Shown: one piece after another, positions 39,368 through 53,061 of the stretch | Numbering within the stretch: the stretch's first letter is position 1 | Layout: each line of letters begins with the position of its first letter | Assembly: GCA_021613535.1 (NCBI GenBank) | Contig: CP075495.1 | Coordinates: 12,338,001 to 12,402,000, forward strand | Direction: 5' to 3' | Source: Adineta vaga | Taxonomy: Eukaryota; Animalia; Rotifera | DNA: 64,000 nt | Translations under genes and position numbers: made by a program | The notes under the pieces: model-generated | The model's input: only the letters and a program-made list of their open reading frames with translations | Databases searched by the model: none | What the model was told of the DNA's origin: nothing

Positions 39368-40675
39368 TCAATCGAGGAACACATCATCAAATGATTCACG
39401 CCAATCTTGTGTATCTTCAGATGATCGACTATTGCTTTTCATCAATTGATTTTTCGAATGTTTTTTATAAAAATAACAAATTCCACAAACACTGATTGGT
39501 AAAATCATTATCACTAATATTGAATTTAAATGTTTGGAAGAATCACTACTCTTAGTTTCATTCAATGATAATGATGAATTTTCGAATTCTCTCAATCTAT
39601 ACATTTTTACATGTATAGTTCAATTCTATTCTTAATCAAAAAATAAATATATATATATAATTTCTTACAAAATACGTTTCATTTCCGGATTTAATTTATG
39701 ATATTCATTAACCTATTCAACACAAAAAAGTCTCATTCTAATATATTTCTTTACATTTTTCTTACAGCTCTATAAATCATATTTTCATCGGTAGGATCTT
39801 CACTTTTCGATGGATAATAATCTAAGAAGACGGTGATAGTCATTTCACTAGATACTTTCTTTTACATACAACAAATCCATGACCAATGTGTTTTTCTTTC
39901 ATTTGATTGATCCCAAACATATTGTTGACAAATACCTTTATTTGCATTGAAATTAATCAAATATGAATACCAAAAACATGAATAAATACATATTAATAAA
40001 AACCTTCTAATAAATTACATACTCACACATCATATCTAAATAAATATTTTTTTCATATTGAAATAGAATTTGATGTGTTTGAACTTCCTTATTTCTCAAT
40101 GATGTCGTATTCGTTTTCTTAATCAAAAGAAAACAATGAAAAATTTCATTTCGAATCATTATACAAGAAATTAAACATCTTACAAAAGTTCTATTCTTTA
40201 GAAAATGACTAATTAAATATGATATTGAACTATCACTATGAACAAAAGAATTGATTTGATTTAGAATTATTTCTTCTTTAGAGAATTTAGTAATAATTGT
40301 TGTCAATAATGGAGTATATCGTTTACATAATTCATTGCTACATTTCGATGAAAAATAGATCAATTCAGAAATATGTCTTGCATTAGAAATATCTTCACAT
40401 AATAATTCGATTTTATTGATTTTCATAATTGAACGTCGATCAATTGGTAACATTGAAAGATCACATGAAGTTTTCGTTTGTTTCAAAATTTGTTTCTGAA
40501 ATTCATTATCAGTTGGAAAATGATTAAAATAATATAAAGATCCATGTTTATCACAACGTAATAATGTTGGAACATTCGTTAGATAGAAATTGATTTCAGT
40601 TTTGATACAAAATAAACCATAATAATGAATGAAATAGAAATAAAGAAAAAGAAAATTATTATTAACGATCAACAT
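39368..40675 (-). CDS. Orphan cysteine-containing type I membrane protein, multi-exon
   Basis: Hydrophobic N-terminus. In-frame spliced exons (...DMMC|ICQQYVWDQSNERKTHWSWICY|YYPSK...). C-terminal TM SILVIMILPISVCGICYFY followed by KK and a short acidic tail. Confidence 0.65.
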
Positions 40676-41631
40676 TTGAAGAAAAACAAATAATTCATTT
40701 CTTTTATATATTAGAATTTAAGCGGGATTGAAACAAATTTATAAATAATCACACATAAGTTTTAAATGATTATTACTGCATAGTTCAAAAAGTAAAATCA
40801 ATATTAATAAGTCATTGCATCTAGCAATGAGTTAAACACGTGAGAATTTTGATGGAAAATAAACAGTAAGATTTCTTCCGTCTTAATTAAATGTAGAATT
40901 CGATAGATTTTCTTCATGAGATGAATAATAATCAGCCATAATAGCGATAACAATAGGATACGATTTGAAAAGTAATGACATCATAATTACAATCCATTGT
41001 AATACTATTCAAAACGAACAAGGACAAACGAACATTGTTTTGTATCATTATTCATTTTCTACAATTCAAATAAGTATATGATAAAAAGAATAGACTATTA
41101 TATTATTATGATCTAGATTAATTGTATTCTTACTCGAAAAGACTTGATTATTTCCGATATCTTTTCAATGATTAGTTTACCTAAAGAATACTTTCTCTAA
41201 TTTTGTCCGATAAACATTCACTATCGTACACACGTAAGTTTCTCTGATCATTTCGTCCTCGAATGTTTCGTTCACAACAATATACTAATCATTGTTTTAA
41301 AGTGATAACTGTATACACACTATTACCTGACAATTGTATCTCAAAATATACGTCCGTTACTTTTTTTTCGTCTTTATTTCTCGTTCTCCGTCATCCGAAC
41401 TAATCAATTCAGATTTCACAACCAGTTTTCATATATTATACCTCGACACTAACCAGTCGTTCTCTGTCATTGACGATACACACGAATGCGCACATCATCG
41501 TCTTCTTCCTTCAGTTCTGTTTCGTTTCTTTTTTCTAGCTGAGTCGTGATATAAATTAACAATATTTAGGTAACTCAGATGTCATTATAACCCGACATAC
41601 CAACAACAAGCAATAAAATGACGCATCTACT

Positions 41632-41979
41632 ATGTCTTCGATCGATTCAACAACAGACAATGTATCTAAATCTCTTCCTATGAATGATTTAGAAACATCT
41701 GTACCATTTACGGACAAGATTTCTCATACAAAATTAATCAATATGGGAAGATTGAAACAAAAATTGACATCGCAAAAATATCGTCAAATCACAGATAAAT
41801 TACTTGAAATTGAACAAATTAACTGTGAAGAACTTCTTGTGAATGAAGAAATCAATCGTTTGAATCATCAAAGACAGTATCTACAAAGTTTGATTAATAT
41901 ACTACATGCTATGGATACAAAGCATTCGATGAAAAAATCATGCTCTCGTCGGCGAAGATTACAGAGAAACAAAGCTTAG
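41632..41979 (+). CDS. Small coiled-coil protein with a basic C-terminal NLS-like tail (weak resemblance to TFPT/INO80 subunits)
   Basis: 115-aa ATG ORF with heptad segment QKYRQITDKLLEIEQIN...RLNHQRQYL and tail SRRRRLQR. AATAAA at about 42014. Confidence 0.55.
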   Translation: MSSIDSTTDNVSKSLPMNDLETSVPFTDKISHTKLINMGRLKQKLTSQKYRQITDKLLEIEQINCEELLVNEEINRLNHQRQYLQSLINILHAMDTKHSMKKSCSRRRRLQRNKA

Positions 41980-42478
41980 TTCTTTTTACAAGTGTACAGT
42001 CATTTTAATATTCAATAAATAATTGTGAATTGTCCGTGCATGGTTTATAATATAACTTTGTTTTCCTTTATTCTATAAAGTATTATTGTATTCAACACAT
42101 CTGTACCTGATGACCTCAGGAAAATACATGTTTACTATGAATCTACTTCTGATGATTGATAAAACCTAAACAATTAATTTTCATAAAATAAATGTCGTCA
42201 GTTTTGTATCGATGATTGTATTTCTCCCGTGCCTTTCTATTCTACTATTACCTATCTTCACGTACATAAACAAAAAGCATGGTTATCGACATATACCTTC
42301 GTATTATTTTCTCATTTCATAACGTCAACTTATCAGTAATTCAATTCCTTCAGTCATCATTCGATAATTATCAAAAAAGCAATCAACATGACATTCCTAC
42401 AAACTAGTCATCAAAAAGAAAGTTTTGGCAAAATCATAATTTATTTCGATTAAAAACACCCAAATAAAAAACTAGTAT

Positions 42479-42790
42479 TTATAAGATCCAAATTTTGTTT
42501 GTATAAGTTGTAGGATAAATTAAACGTTGAATATTTGGTGTAAATGTTTTTTCATGTTTGTTCCTATTTGGTGTGGATGAATTGATGGGTAATGGTGCAC
42601 ATTTCGATAATGAATAACGAACATGAGATGGTCGAGGTGTTGAACATAGATTTGGTAATTTATGAAAAGGTATATCGATCTTTTTTGGTGTTGATGTTGA
42701 TTGTGGTTCAAATGTAAGAAAACTAAACGAAAACCAAAGAATGAATAGATTTTATTTGAAACAAGAAATGTTTTTTTGACATTACCTCAT
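42479..42790 (-). CDS. Small 82-aa S-T-P motif protein. Exons 42786-42790 and 42479-42722; absent from the ORF track
   Basis: ATGAG|gtaat...tttag|T splice gives MSFLTFEPQSTSTPKKIDIPFHKLPNLCSTPRPSHVRYSLSKCAPLPINSSTPNRNKHEKTFTPNIQRLIYPTTYTNKIWIL*. Confidence 0.6.
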
Positions 42791-43231
42791 AGTTTTTGTA
42801 TATGACAGAATCGTATTGAAAGGTAAATGCCTATGAATATTCAATTGATAGTTTGATATTGATGAAAATGATGATAGAATGACAATAATATCGGAATAAA
42901 TATGTATAGTTAGTAATTATAATCTGAAATCAATTGCTTGCAATCAATAATATAAACCAATAATAATTTTCTCGATGTGATCAAAAATGTTAATTGATGT
43001 AATTGGTTGTGATATGAGCTGAATATGTTACAAACACAGAAAAGAACAAAAAGATTATGTTCTCTTTTCTCTTTGATTAATTAACGTACAATATCGGACG
43101 GTTAGATCATGCCGTCGTATACTCTCGTTTCTTTACAAACATACAAGTTTTCAATCAAATACATTTTCACTTTCTTTTCATTTATTTAAAAGCAAAAAAC
43201 GACTTTATTTCTCTGAAAATGAAACAAAAGA

Positions 43232-45721
43232 TTACCAAGTACAAGAAATATTAATAAACAAAATTTGGTCATTTGGAGTAAAATCGACTCGAACATTATC
43301 ATTGATATTTTCATTAATAGAAATATTAGGTTTAATATTTCCATGGGCATCTGTAATAGTAATACGATAGTTTTGATCTTCTTCATTAGGTTTTGTATTT
43401 CGTTCAATTAGAGATGTATCATCAAAGGAACTATAACCACTTTCATATAATGCATTGATTTCTTGAGTTTTTTTCGAAAGTAAATCATTTAATTTGAAAT
43501 AAAAATGGGTTGGTTCATTCAGTGTTAAACATTGATTATTCATCGCTGGACCAGTTACTTGAATATCTTTTTCTTGAATAGCTTGACAATAGAATGGATT
43601 ATTTTCTGCAACAATACCAGCATAATCAATAGAGATTAAATGGCGTCCTAATGATACAGGAATAAATGAACAGATATATGAGAGATCTTGTTGGCGACGA
43701 ATTGAAACCGATGGTGAATTCTCATCGGGTGTTAAGATTTCAATATGAAGACAATGTGTTGGATCAGAAAATGGATTATCAACAAAAACCTGATGAAAGA
43801 AAAGCTGTTCGAAAAATAACTGAATCAAATCAATAGATCTTACTCGAAATTCAACAGAACGATGAATGATAATCTCTTCCGATAAACCCGTAACTTGTAC
43901 ATGTGGTTTTGTCTGAAATAAAGATTGTTGTTTAATATGAGCAATATAAGGTGAATGGGTAATATCTTTATTGTATTCAAGTATATGGATGGGACAATCT
44001 CCTTCTTTCAATGGTGTATAACGTAATGTAGCCATTTGTTGTTCATAATCGATTTCTGCATGATAAGATGGTTCTAATGAAAATTGAAGATGATTTTGAT
44101 TCATTATGATATTCGGCATTGCTTGTTGATTAAGATCAACATAAAATTCTGTTGGTAAACCGACAATTGCACGTTTAAGACCGGGTCCAAATGGTTTAAG
44201 TTTGGATAACGAATTCATTTCATCATTTATAACATCAATTGTTAATTGACGTTGTAATTTATTATTAAATAATATGGATAATTGATGTTCACCAATAGAC
44301 ATCGGCTGATAAGTTAATTCTAAGAGATCCGATGAAAGTGTACGACGTTTGACTACAATTGTATGGCCAAATGGATCAATAATTGAGAGAGTAAATGAAT
44401 CAACTGTACATTTCGTAGATAGATTCATTGATGAATGAATTCGTAAACGAAAACGTACAATTGAATTGACAATTATTTTTGCGGAACATCCTTCACCTTC
44501 TAATTCGTAAGAAGGAACTTCTAAAATCGAAAGAAATGAAACATTTTCATTCGATATCTCATTGGAACAGATTGTTGAATCTGTCATGATCAGAAGATAG
44601 AAAATTTATGCATTTATTTGATGTTTCGTTCTATGTCATTGTGCATATCAAACAGATTCTTCTCTATCATTATATGTCGAACATCGAAATGTTAATTTCG
44701 AAAATATTCTGATTCATCATAACTGAAGAAAACAACAGAAGGAAGAGAGAGAGAGAGGTTGCTAGTACTAACTATATATATCTATACATCTTACTATCAT
44801 TTGAATGATAAAAAAAAGAAAGATTTCTATCAACAACGTTGATCAGATATAAAACAAAATCCTTGAAAAGAAATAATTATTTTTACCTTGTCCATTCATC
44901 TTTTCCATGTCTAATGATAATATATGTTCTTTTTTTTCATCAGAATTTCTTATAAAAACTGTCAATGGATCATTTTTTATTTCGACATGATTCGAATAGA
45001 ATGATATCGTATAAAATCCTGCTTGAGTTATCGGTTTATAACTACAGGAGAATAATTTGATATAACCTGAATGATAAGAATTGATATATTTTGTATAATT
45101 AGAAACAATTTTCTTCTCAGGATCTAAGATAAGAACTTCAATTGGTAATAATAAATGATTTTTTATCGGAGTTTTTAATTCAAAACAAAATAATAATGTT
45201 TGATAAAGTTGATTTCTATCATCATAAGTATGAATACCTTGACCGAAGCAATGTAGTTCAGTTGTTGTCGATAATAAATATGTTTGAGAATTCAAACGAT
45301 AGGATGATAATCTTAATTTATTAATAAAACTATGAAAATAATCTTCATTATCTAGTAAATCGTTTATTGAAATTGTTGATAATGAATGTATATTTAAATA
45401 TTTTTCAATTAAACAGATTATTTCTTGTAAAATTCGATAAGAATCTGAACAGGAAATACGATAGATATTTGGACATAAACAATTGAATATTGTAAATAAA
45501 CGACGGACACATGGTAAAAGTTTAGTAAAATAATGTTCATCAATCGTGCTCATATAGGATGCTTTCTTAACATCAAGTAAATTAAGTTCAGTGGGATGAT
45601 GCCATATGAAATCACTTTTATTATATAGAAAATTTGATGTTGCTGATATTGTTACATGACGAGGACGAGTTGTCGAAGAATTTGAATGTTTCTTCAGATA
45701 ATACTGATGATCTACACCCAT
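43232..45721 (-). CDS. Reduced, divergent filamin-like protein (degenerate CH-like segment plus about 4-5 filamin Ig repeats). Exons about 44887-45721, 43844-44580, 43232-43789
   Basis: Filamin repeat motifs CFGQGI...YKP..AGFYTI...I.NDP, LTYQPMSIGEHQLSILFN, FGPGLKRAIVGLPTEFYVD...YTPLKEGD..I...DITHSPY and CSFIP...GRH.ISIDYAG...NPF. Phase-1 donor at 44886 and in-frame acceptor at 44581. Confidence 0.8.
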
Positions 45722-47629
45722 TTTTTTCGGAGAAAAATATGCGATATTATACGCTTGTCGATTGGCCTGGAAGATATACATAGACAAGTCAAGAATTCAA
45801 GTAAGGAAACATGAAAAGAAAGACAGTCAATGTCTAGTCAATCATACATGTATAGACAAGTTAAAAAGAACCAAAGAGAGGTAAGGGGAGAGAGAGAGAG
45901 AGAGAAAAAAACGAAGGTCTAACCTACGATGTCAATATATCGAAATAGTTAATAGAAGAGAGAAAAAGAAAACAAATAAATAACCACTATAAATTAACTA
46001 TTGAATAACTATGCATATAATTTGGTAGCTCTAATCAATCTACACTACCCATCACCTGTATAAAGGTATATGTCCTTCATTTCGATACAAGTTTACTACA
46101 TTTCACATGAAGAACATTTTATGTGTATATATTTAGAATAGAATAGAATAGAGAGAAAAAACAAGTTTTTTGGTGAAATAAAATGATAAGAAAATTTAAA
46201 TGACATAGAGATTATACTTTTTAATCTCATTGAATATCAATGAAGGAGTATTTTGTGGTAAGAATGTGAATTTTATTTTTGTTAAATCGAAAAATCTCGA
46301 ACTTGTATTGAGAAAATTAAAAATATCCTTGCAATTATTTGGAAATTATAGCAAGATATTCGCTTATTAAACCATGACATAGAGTAATATCGGGTATGTT
46401 CTACATGAAGAATGAAACATATTCATGAACATACAAGAACAAAGAATTCTTTCGAAATTATAGATAAAAAAATCTAATAAACTTTTCTTTTTTTCATCAA
46501 AACACTCTTTGAAAATCTCTGATAAATACTCTCGTGCTATTCATATTCTTCTTGTTAGTTATACTCATACAGCATAAATCGAAAAAGAGCTGTGAAGTTT
46601 TCTTCTTTAAAATCTTTAAATATAGTCATGAACGGTAATTATCAAACTGTTTCCATAGATATACGATAGTTTCAATTGTTAGTTGAATGAAATTCTTATA
46701 AAAATAGTCTTATGAGAAACAATCAGTTGTCAATGATAATGTTATAGTACAAGGCTCGAAATAGACTAGACGATATAAAGTAGAATTAAAAACGAATTAA
46801 CGAACGTGATTAGTACATTAGCTGTTAATTCATTTTAAATGAGTCTACTTTGTTTCAGAACGAATTCAATAGAAATAGAAATCTTTTCATATCTTACTTG
46901 TGTTTAAGCGATAATTTCTCACTAACTAGACTTCTCTCTTTCTAACTAGGGAATGATTGTCGAGCTAATGAGTTGTATATAGATATTTCAGGCTAATATA
47001 AAATCGTCGGATATTCTCAGTATATTCAGTTATTTATTTATCCTTCGAACAATCCTAGATAAACATGAACAACATTTAGTAAATGTTTTTTCTCGTATCT
47101 AATTACTCTTCTCTTTTTCTTTCTGATAGATCTTAATATCATTAAACCTATCCGACAATGTTTTGTCAATAATGTCTACACACTTTTCCTCAACGATGCT
47201 TACATCAGTTGTTAATAATTATGGCATTGACAAAAAAAAGAATAGCAATATTTCCAAGACATATGATCATCGCAAGTCTATTTATAATTGTCTACGATAG
47301 AATGATAAGACGACATAACTGAGATGTTTATACTATCCCATTACTATTATTTTGTCAATGTCATTGATCGTTCATGGATCGAATATTTAGATTCATTTTT
47401 AAGATTTCAAATAAAATTCTCTTTTACTCAATAAGAGAAAAAAAGGAAAATAAAAAATTTCTGTTGTTTACGATAATTACATAAATGCAAGCCTTTGTAT
47501 CTTACCGTTTGTCACTGTATCTAATCAATCACCAATCATTATTTAAATAAACGATTTATTTTTTCTTCAATATTTCTATATCTCTACAGAATCATAGAAA
47601 GAAAGAAAGAAAAAAGAAAAAAAAGAATA

Positions 47630-47701
47630 CTCCGCGGCGGGGAATCGAACCCCGGTTTCCCGCGTGACAGGCGGGGATACTCACCACTATACTACCGCGG
47701 A
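47630..47701 (-). tRNA. tRNA-Asp: tRNA-Asp (GUC)
   Basis: Reverse complement TCCGCGGTAGTATAGTGGTGAGTATCCCCGCCTGTCACGCGGGAAACCGGGGTTCGATTCCCCGCCGCGGAG: 7-bp acceptor stem, GTC anticodon, GTTCGA T-loop, followed by a T-run Pol III terminator. Confidence 0.98.
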
Positions 47702-49074
47702 CAGAAATAAGTATTAAAGCACGGCACGTTGTTTTTGATTATTTGATAAAAATCTTCATTGATCAGAAGAGAAATTCATTCGAAAGTTAGAAATTAAGAG
47801 AATGCGACCTGTTCTTACAGTAGATAAAAAGTTATGCAGATAATCAGTAATAATGAATACTGATAAAGTCTTCAAACCAACAATACTATAGATGAATAGC
47901 AAGCATATGAACTTTACAATTCGTTTCTCTTTCTCTTCTGTTCAATTGTTCTTTTCATCTCTCTGCTGTTTTTTTCGAAAACAAAACATAAGAATCAATC
48001 AACGTCGTGCAAATATTGAACTTATATCGCATATGAGATGGTATTCAAAAAGATCTGACCATCTATCATAAATTCTTCATGTTGATATGTCGTTTATGAA
48101 CAATATATTTGCTTATTCAATTCTTTCATTATATTAAGAATCGACATAGAATTTATTGTTTGATGACTTCAATACTCAATCGAGTGGAATATGCATGGCA
48201 TTAATTAAAAATATAGACATACTGATTATTGACCTCTCAACTGAATGGAATATCGATGAATTTAGTCTCATTGTTTTTTACAAACAAGTAGATGTTATCA
48301 TTACATTTACTTACCATATCTCTAGTTTATATTTAAAACAATTGATTCTTCATTGATTCTTTTTTGTTCTCGTCACTAGATTGAAAAAGATCTACTTTAC
48401 TATTCAATCAATGAGACATGACATATTTTCTAAATAGAATATTTGTCATCCGTGAAACTAAATATATCAATTGTGAAATGTCATCATGTAGAAATAACTG
48501 ACTGAAGCACAAATGATCCGTTACCTAGAAATGTTTGTGAAAATAGCTGATTTGACAGTTGTTAGCAAGGTCATGTAATATTCTTCTATACTATTCTGTT
48601 GCAGTAAATGTTGATGAATCAATTAAAACACTAAGCATTTTTATAGTTTCTACTTTTCAGTCTCTTTTCACAGACAAACTTCACTATATTTACATTTTAA
48701 ACCATTTAACAATAGATGAACAATTCTATTTTATTAAAAACAAAAACAACTCTCATATGCATCACTATTACTATATTAACTTTCTAAGTTAAGATCACTT
48801 AACGAACAAGTGAACTCAGAAATCATAGTACACATTGTCTCGTTTAATCTCAAAAACACTTTTCATCTGTTATCGTTCTTTAACTTATCGCATTACTGAT
48901 AAAATCAAGATTGTAAATATTTTGTTTTTACATACGAAAAGCTTTCACAAAGTGAAGGACATTCTTATAATGACACGTCGTATCGAGAAAATGCATTCAA
49001 TGATTTTTTTTTTCATGGTAGACTATTTCATAATAAAATTTACAAATACAAAAAGAAAACAAATGATTTTGTTA

Positions 49075-52000
49075 TCATCTGGATGTATATGATTCATCTG
49101 TAGTTGATTCTATCGAAGACTGTGTTTGCCTAACTGTTAATAATTTTTGAAGTAATTTTTCATAATCAATTTCTTTTTCTAGTATTTGTTTTGCTTGTAC
49201 ACATAACATATTCAATGTGTCAGCTAATTTACTAAGTTCAGTAAGATTTCCATGTTTCAACAACGATTCATTATAAATTTCACACTGTTCATCGTTCGAT
49301 TTTGATATTGTATTTCTTCCATTGGTATCACAAAATTCACTGTCAATTATATTTGATTTTAACCATGCTATACTCGGTAAGGTTGATTCAATATAAATGA
49401 GTTCACGTATACGATATGCATCTTAAAAATAATGAAAGAAAATTGTTTTTTCTAAAAGTAGAGAAAAAAAACCTTACGTGCTTTTGCACGAGCATTTTTC
49501 ATACAACTTTGAATATCACCAACAGTTAAACCTAAGAGAAGATTCATGAGAATAATTGACATGATTATAAGAAATGGTGTGAATAACAATGTAGCTGCTA
49601 CTTGTAATATTGGTTTGGAATAAAATAATGTTTCATAATCAAATTCTCCAATTGTCATTGCAGATATTTTATGCATTGATATGAGAACAGTTAAAAATGA
49701 TGGATGATTATGGAAAATCATTTGTGTACCGATTGTAAATGCAACAAGTAATGGTAAAATAGCAAAGACTAATGAAACAAAATTCAATAATATTGATTGA
49801 AACATGACAATGAAATTACCAACAAATGGAACTGAACGTAATATGAATGCTGTATTAAACCATTGAAATAATGTTGCAAATGCTGCTAATTGCCATTGCC
49901 AATGAACGATTTGACTTCTATTTTCATATGGAATAAATGCAGTGATTGATATTAAAAATGATATAATAGCAAATAATTGTGCAAATGGTACACGAAAACC
50001 ACGATAGAGAATGATTTCTGAAAGAATTTTGAATAAATTCATTCCTCCTAAAACCACAATAGTCCATTGCAGATGTAAAATTGATGATTTGCTTAATGGT
50101 AAAGATAATTTTTCGGCATGTTTTGTATACGGTGCTGATACGATAAGTACATAGAATGTTGAAACAAGTAATAATAATATTGATAAAATACGAGTTAAAT
50201 AAAAAAATGGACGATATAATTTCCATTTACGTTTTATAAGTAGTTGAGATAATGGATGTTCTAATAGAGAATGACGTTCTGTATCAAGAGCAATGATAAA
50301 TGGATGATTACGATAAAGTAAATGGCTATTCGTAGCGTATAATTCATTTTCATTTCTAAAAAGAAAGAAAAAATTTGCGTTAAACAAAAAAGATCGTTAT
50401 GTGTTGAAATGAGAAACTTACAGAAAATAGTCATCAATATGTTTATAAACGAATGTTGTTCTTTCGTGTATATTTCCATCAGCATCAATTTCATTTGTTT
50501 TCAAAATGAATTTATCAAATGCATGTGTGGCACATTCAGGTATATATCGAATGAGATCTCTTAATGGTGTTTGATGTATCTGATTATTTGTATTTTTCAT
50601 CGACATAAGCCATTGTTCCATTGATGGATGATCTAGAAGTGTATGAATGGTTTCAATTTGTCGATATTCAATAGCAATTTCTAATGGATTTTGTTTCTCT
50701 TTCATATCATCATAAATTAAGCCAATATCTTGTTCGAGTAACAAACGAACAATATTAGTAAAACCATTCTGACATGCAGTTATCAATGGTGATTGTCGTC
50801 GTGATAAAGCGAACTGAAAATCGGACATATTTTTTACCGATATATTCATTAATAAACTAACACATTGACTATGTCCATTTTGTATAGAAGCATGAAGTGG
50901 TAATTGACCAAGATAATTTGGAAATAATGGATCAGCACCATATTTTAAAAGTATATCTACAGATGAAGCATAACCTTGTTCAGCAGCTAAATGTAATGGA
51001 GTCTTTCCATCTTCATTTTGAGCATCAATATATGTTCGTAAATTTGATGATGATCGAATAAGAGTCGTTAATTCAGGATCAACCATGGTTTCAGGAATGG
51101 AATAACTACGACTTTTTAATGTTAGATACTTATCAGAATTTTGTAGTTGTTTACTAAGAAATTCAATTAATTCATAGTGATTATTTTGTGCAGCTATATG
51201 AAATACATTCATACGTTGTTTATCAATAGTATCCCAACGAATTGCTAAATTTGTCAACAACAATGAACACATTTCTATTGAACCTGACTGTACAGCTAGT
51301 AAAAATATAGAACGATGATTTTTTTTCGTTATTTGATGAAATATTGAATGTAATTTATTATTGAGAACAGATAATAAATATTGAACAATTGCAAATTGTA
51401 TTTTCGAAACAGCAATCATTATTACATTCATATGATTATTATCAAGAGTTGATATGTCAGCACCATATGTAATCAATTGTTTGACGATATCAAGATGTGT
51501 TGTTACTGATAAGGCTGTATGACTATGATTATCTTTTATTTCTAATAGAGACTGTCCTGTTAAGGAATACAATTCCTGTACAATAGAAGGACGATTTGAT
51601 TCACAGGCAATATGGAGTGCTGATTGGTTGTGTGAATTCAATATCAATGGATCAGCTCCATGTCGATAAAGAAGACGTAACATAAATGGATCACAAAATT
51701 TTGCTAAATAAAAACTAAATCTTTATTATTCTATTGGATATTAGATCGATTACCTGCTATATGGAATGGTGTACCAAATGATTCAACTTGTTCATTAATA
51801 AAGATTCTTAAAGTATCACCTTTAAATTCTGTTAGAATATATTCTACTGTATTGATATTTCCATGTTGAACAGCTAAATGCAGACATGATGCATTTGTAT
51901 TTGTTTTCATTTGAAGAAATCCTTGAAAATTATTCTTTAGTTTTAATTTATATAACTTAATTATATCTAAATGTCCTTTTTCACATGCATAATGTAATGG

Positions 52001-53061
52001 TGTCCATTGATCATCATCCTTAGCTTCTATTTTACTACCTTTTAAAATTAAATATTCAACAATCGATAAATAACCTTCTTTACATGCTAAATGTAATGGA
52101 CGAATGTTTTGACGATCTTGTGCCTAGAAAAATTCATATCATGGAAAGAACTACGTCATTTTCTTTGAAACATACTTCAATATTCGCATTTAATTCAATT
52201 AATTGTTTAACACCAGCAAGATTATTTCGTGCAACTGCATAATGAAGGGGTGTGAGAAGATACTTATCACATGCATTTATATTGCCATTTGCAAGAGCAA
52301 ACAAATAAATCAATGGATGTGCACTTGAACAAATTTTATTTTTATAATTATCTTGCCAAGTTTCAATGGTTTGAATCTATATTAATAAGTTTTATGTATG
52401 TATTTTCTAATAAAGTGGAGATTAAATCAAATACTTTATCTCCAAAATCAGTTTCTGGATTGAATTGTTTTTCTAAATTGGATTCATTCGTATTTGTACT
52501 GGTATTCGATAGACGAAATGCGGAATGAAGAGGTGTTCGACCATTCTCATCTTTTATATTGACACCTATTCTATAAAAACAAAGAACATCGAATAATAAT
52601 AAATAATTTTTTTCTTTCTTCTTCTTCATCGTTTACTCGAATGCAATATTCGATAAAAGTATAAGACAAATATTCAATTGTTGACAACGAGCAGCATGAT
52701 GTAGTGGTGAAAGACCTGTATCAATATCAAGTCGATCAGCTATTTCAGCTGCATGTCGACCACAAAAGGATGTTTGTTGACTATATTCAATAAAATCTCG
52801 CAGACGAGGTAGATCACCATCCCGACATATCTGTTTGAAAAAAACATACAATAATTCATAGATGAAATCTTACTGAATACATTCTCTTACTTGACTAATC
52901 AAACTTGTATTCCAATCTAAAGCTTCAGGTATAGCTGATTGTATGCCTTCACATTCATTTTCTTGAAAATCAGTCAATGGTGTTTCTTCTGTGATTGTTG
53001 TATCGTGCATATATGTCGTTGAATTCAATAACAGCTGTTGTTGATTTACACCTCCATCCAT
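49075..53061 (-). CDS. TRPA: TRPA-family cation channel (many ankyrin repeats plus 6 TM), multi-exon
   Basis: Repeated G.TPLH.A ankyrin motifs, QTPLRDLIRYIPECA..AFDK, LLEHPLSQLLIKRKW, WQWQLAAFA...WFN...LR, pore MTIGEFDY and S6 IILMNLLLGLTVGDI. Confidence 0.93.

Noticed and set aside
41632-41979. Assignment as TFPT/INO80 subunit
   Set aside because: KY...EIEQIN...RL..R.YL resembles it, but the spacing differs and coiled coils give spurious similarity, so no symbol was assigned.
43130-43237. Spliced TGA as a possible selenocysteine codon extending the filamin-like protein
   Set aside because: The downstream frame closes within the next exon and no SECIS-like hairpin is evident.
48156-49092. 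Short plus-strand ORFs between the tRNA and the TRPA 3' end
   Set aside because: TTG starts, AT-rich intergenic-like composition and no motifs.
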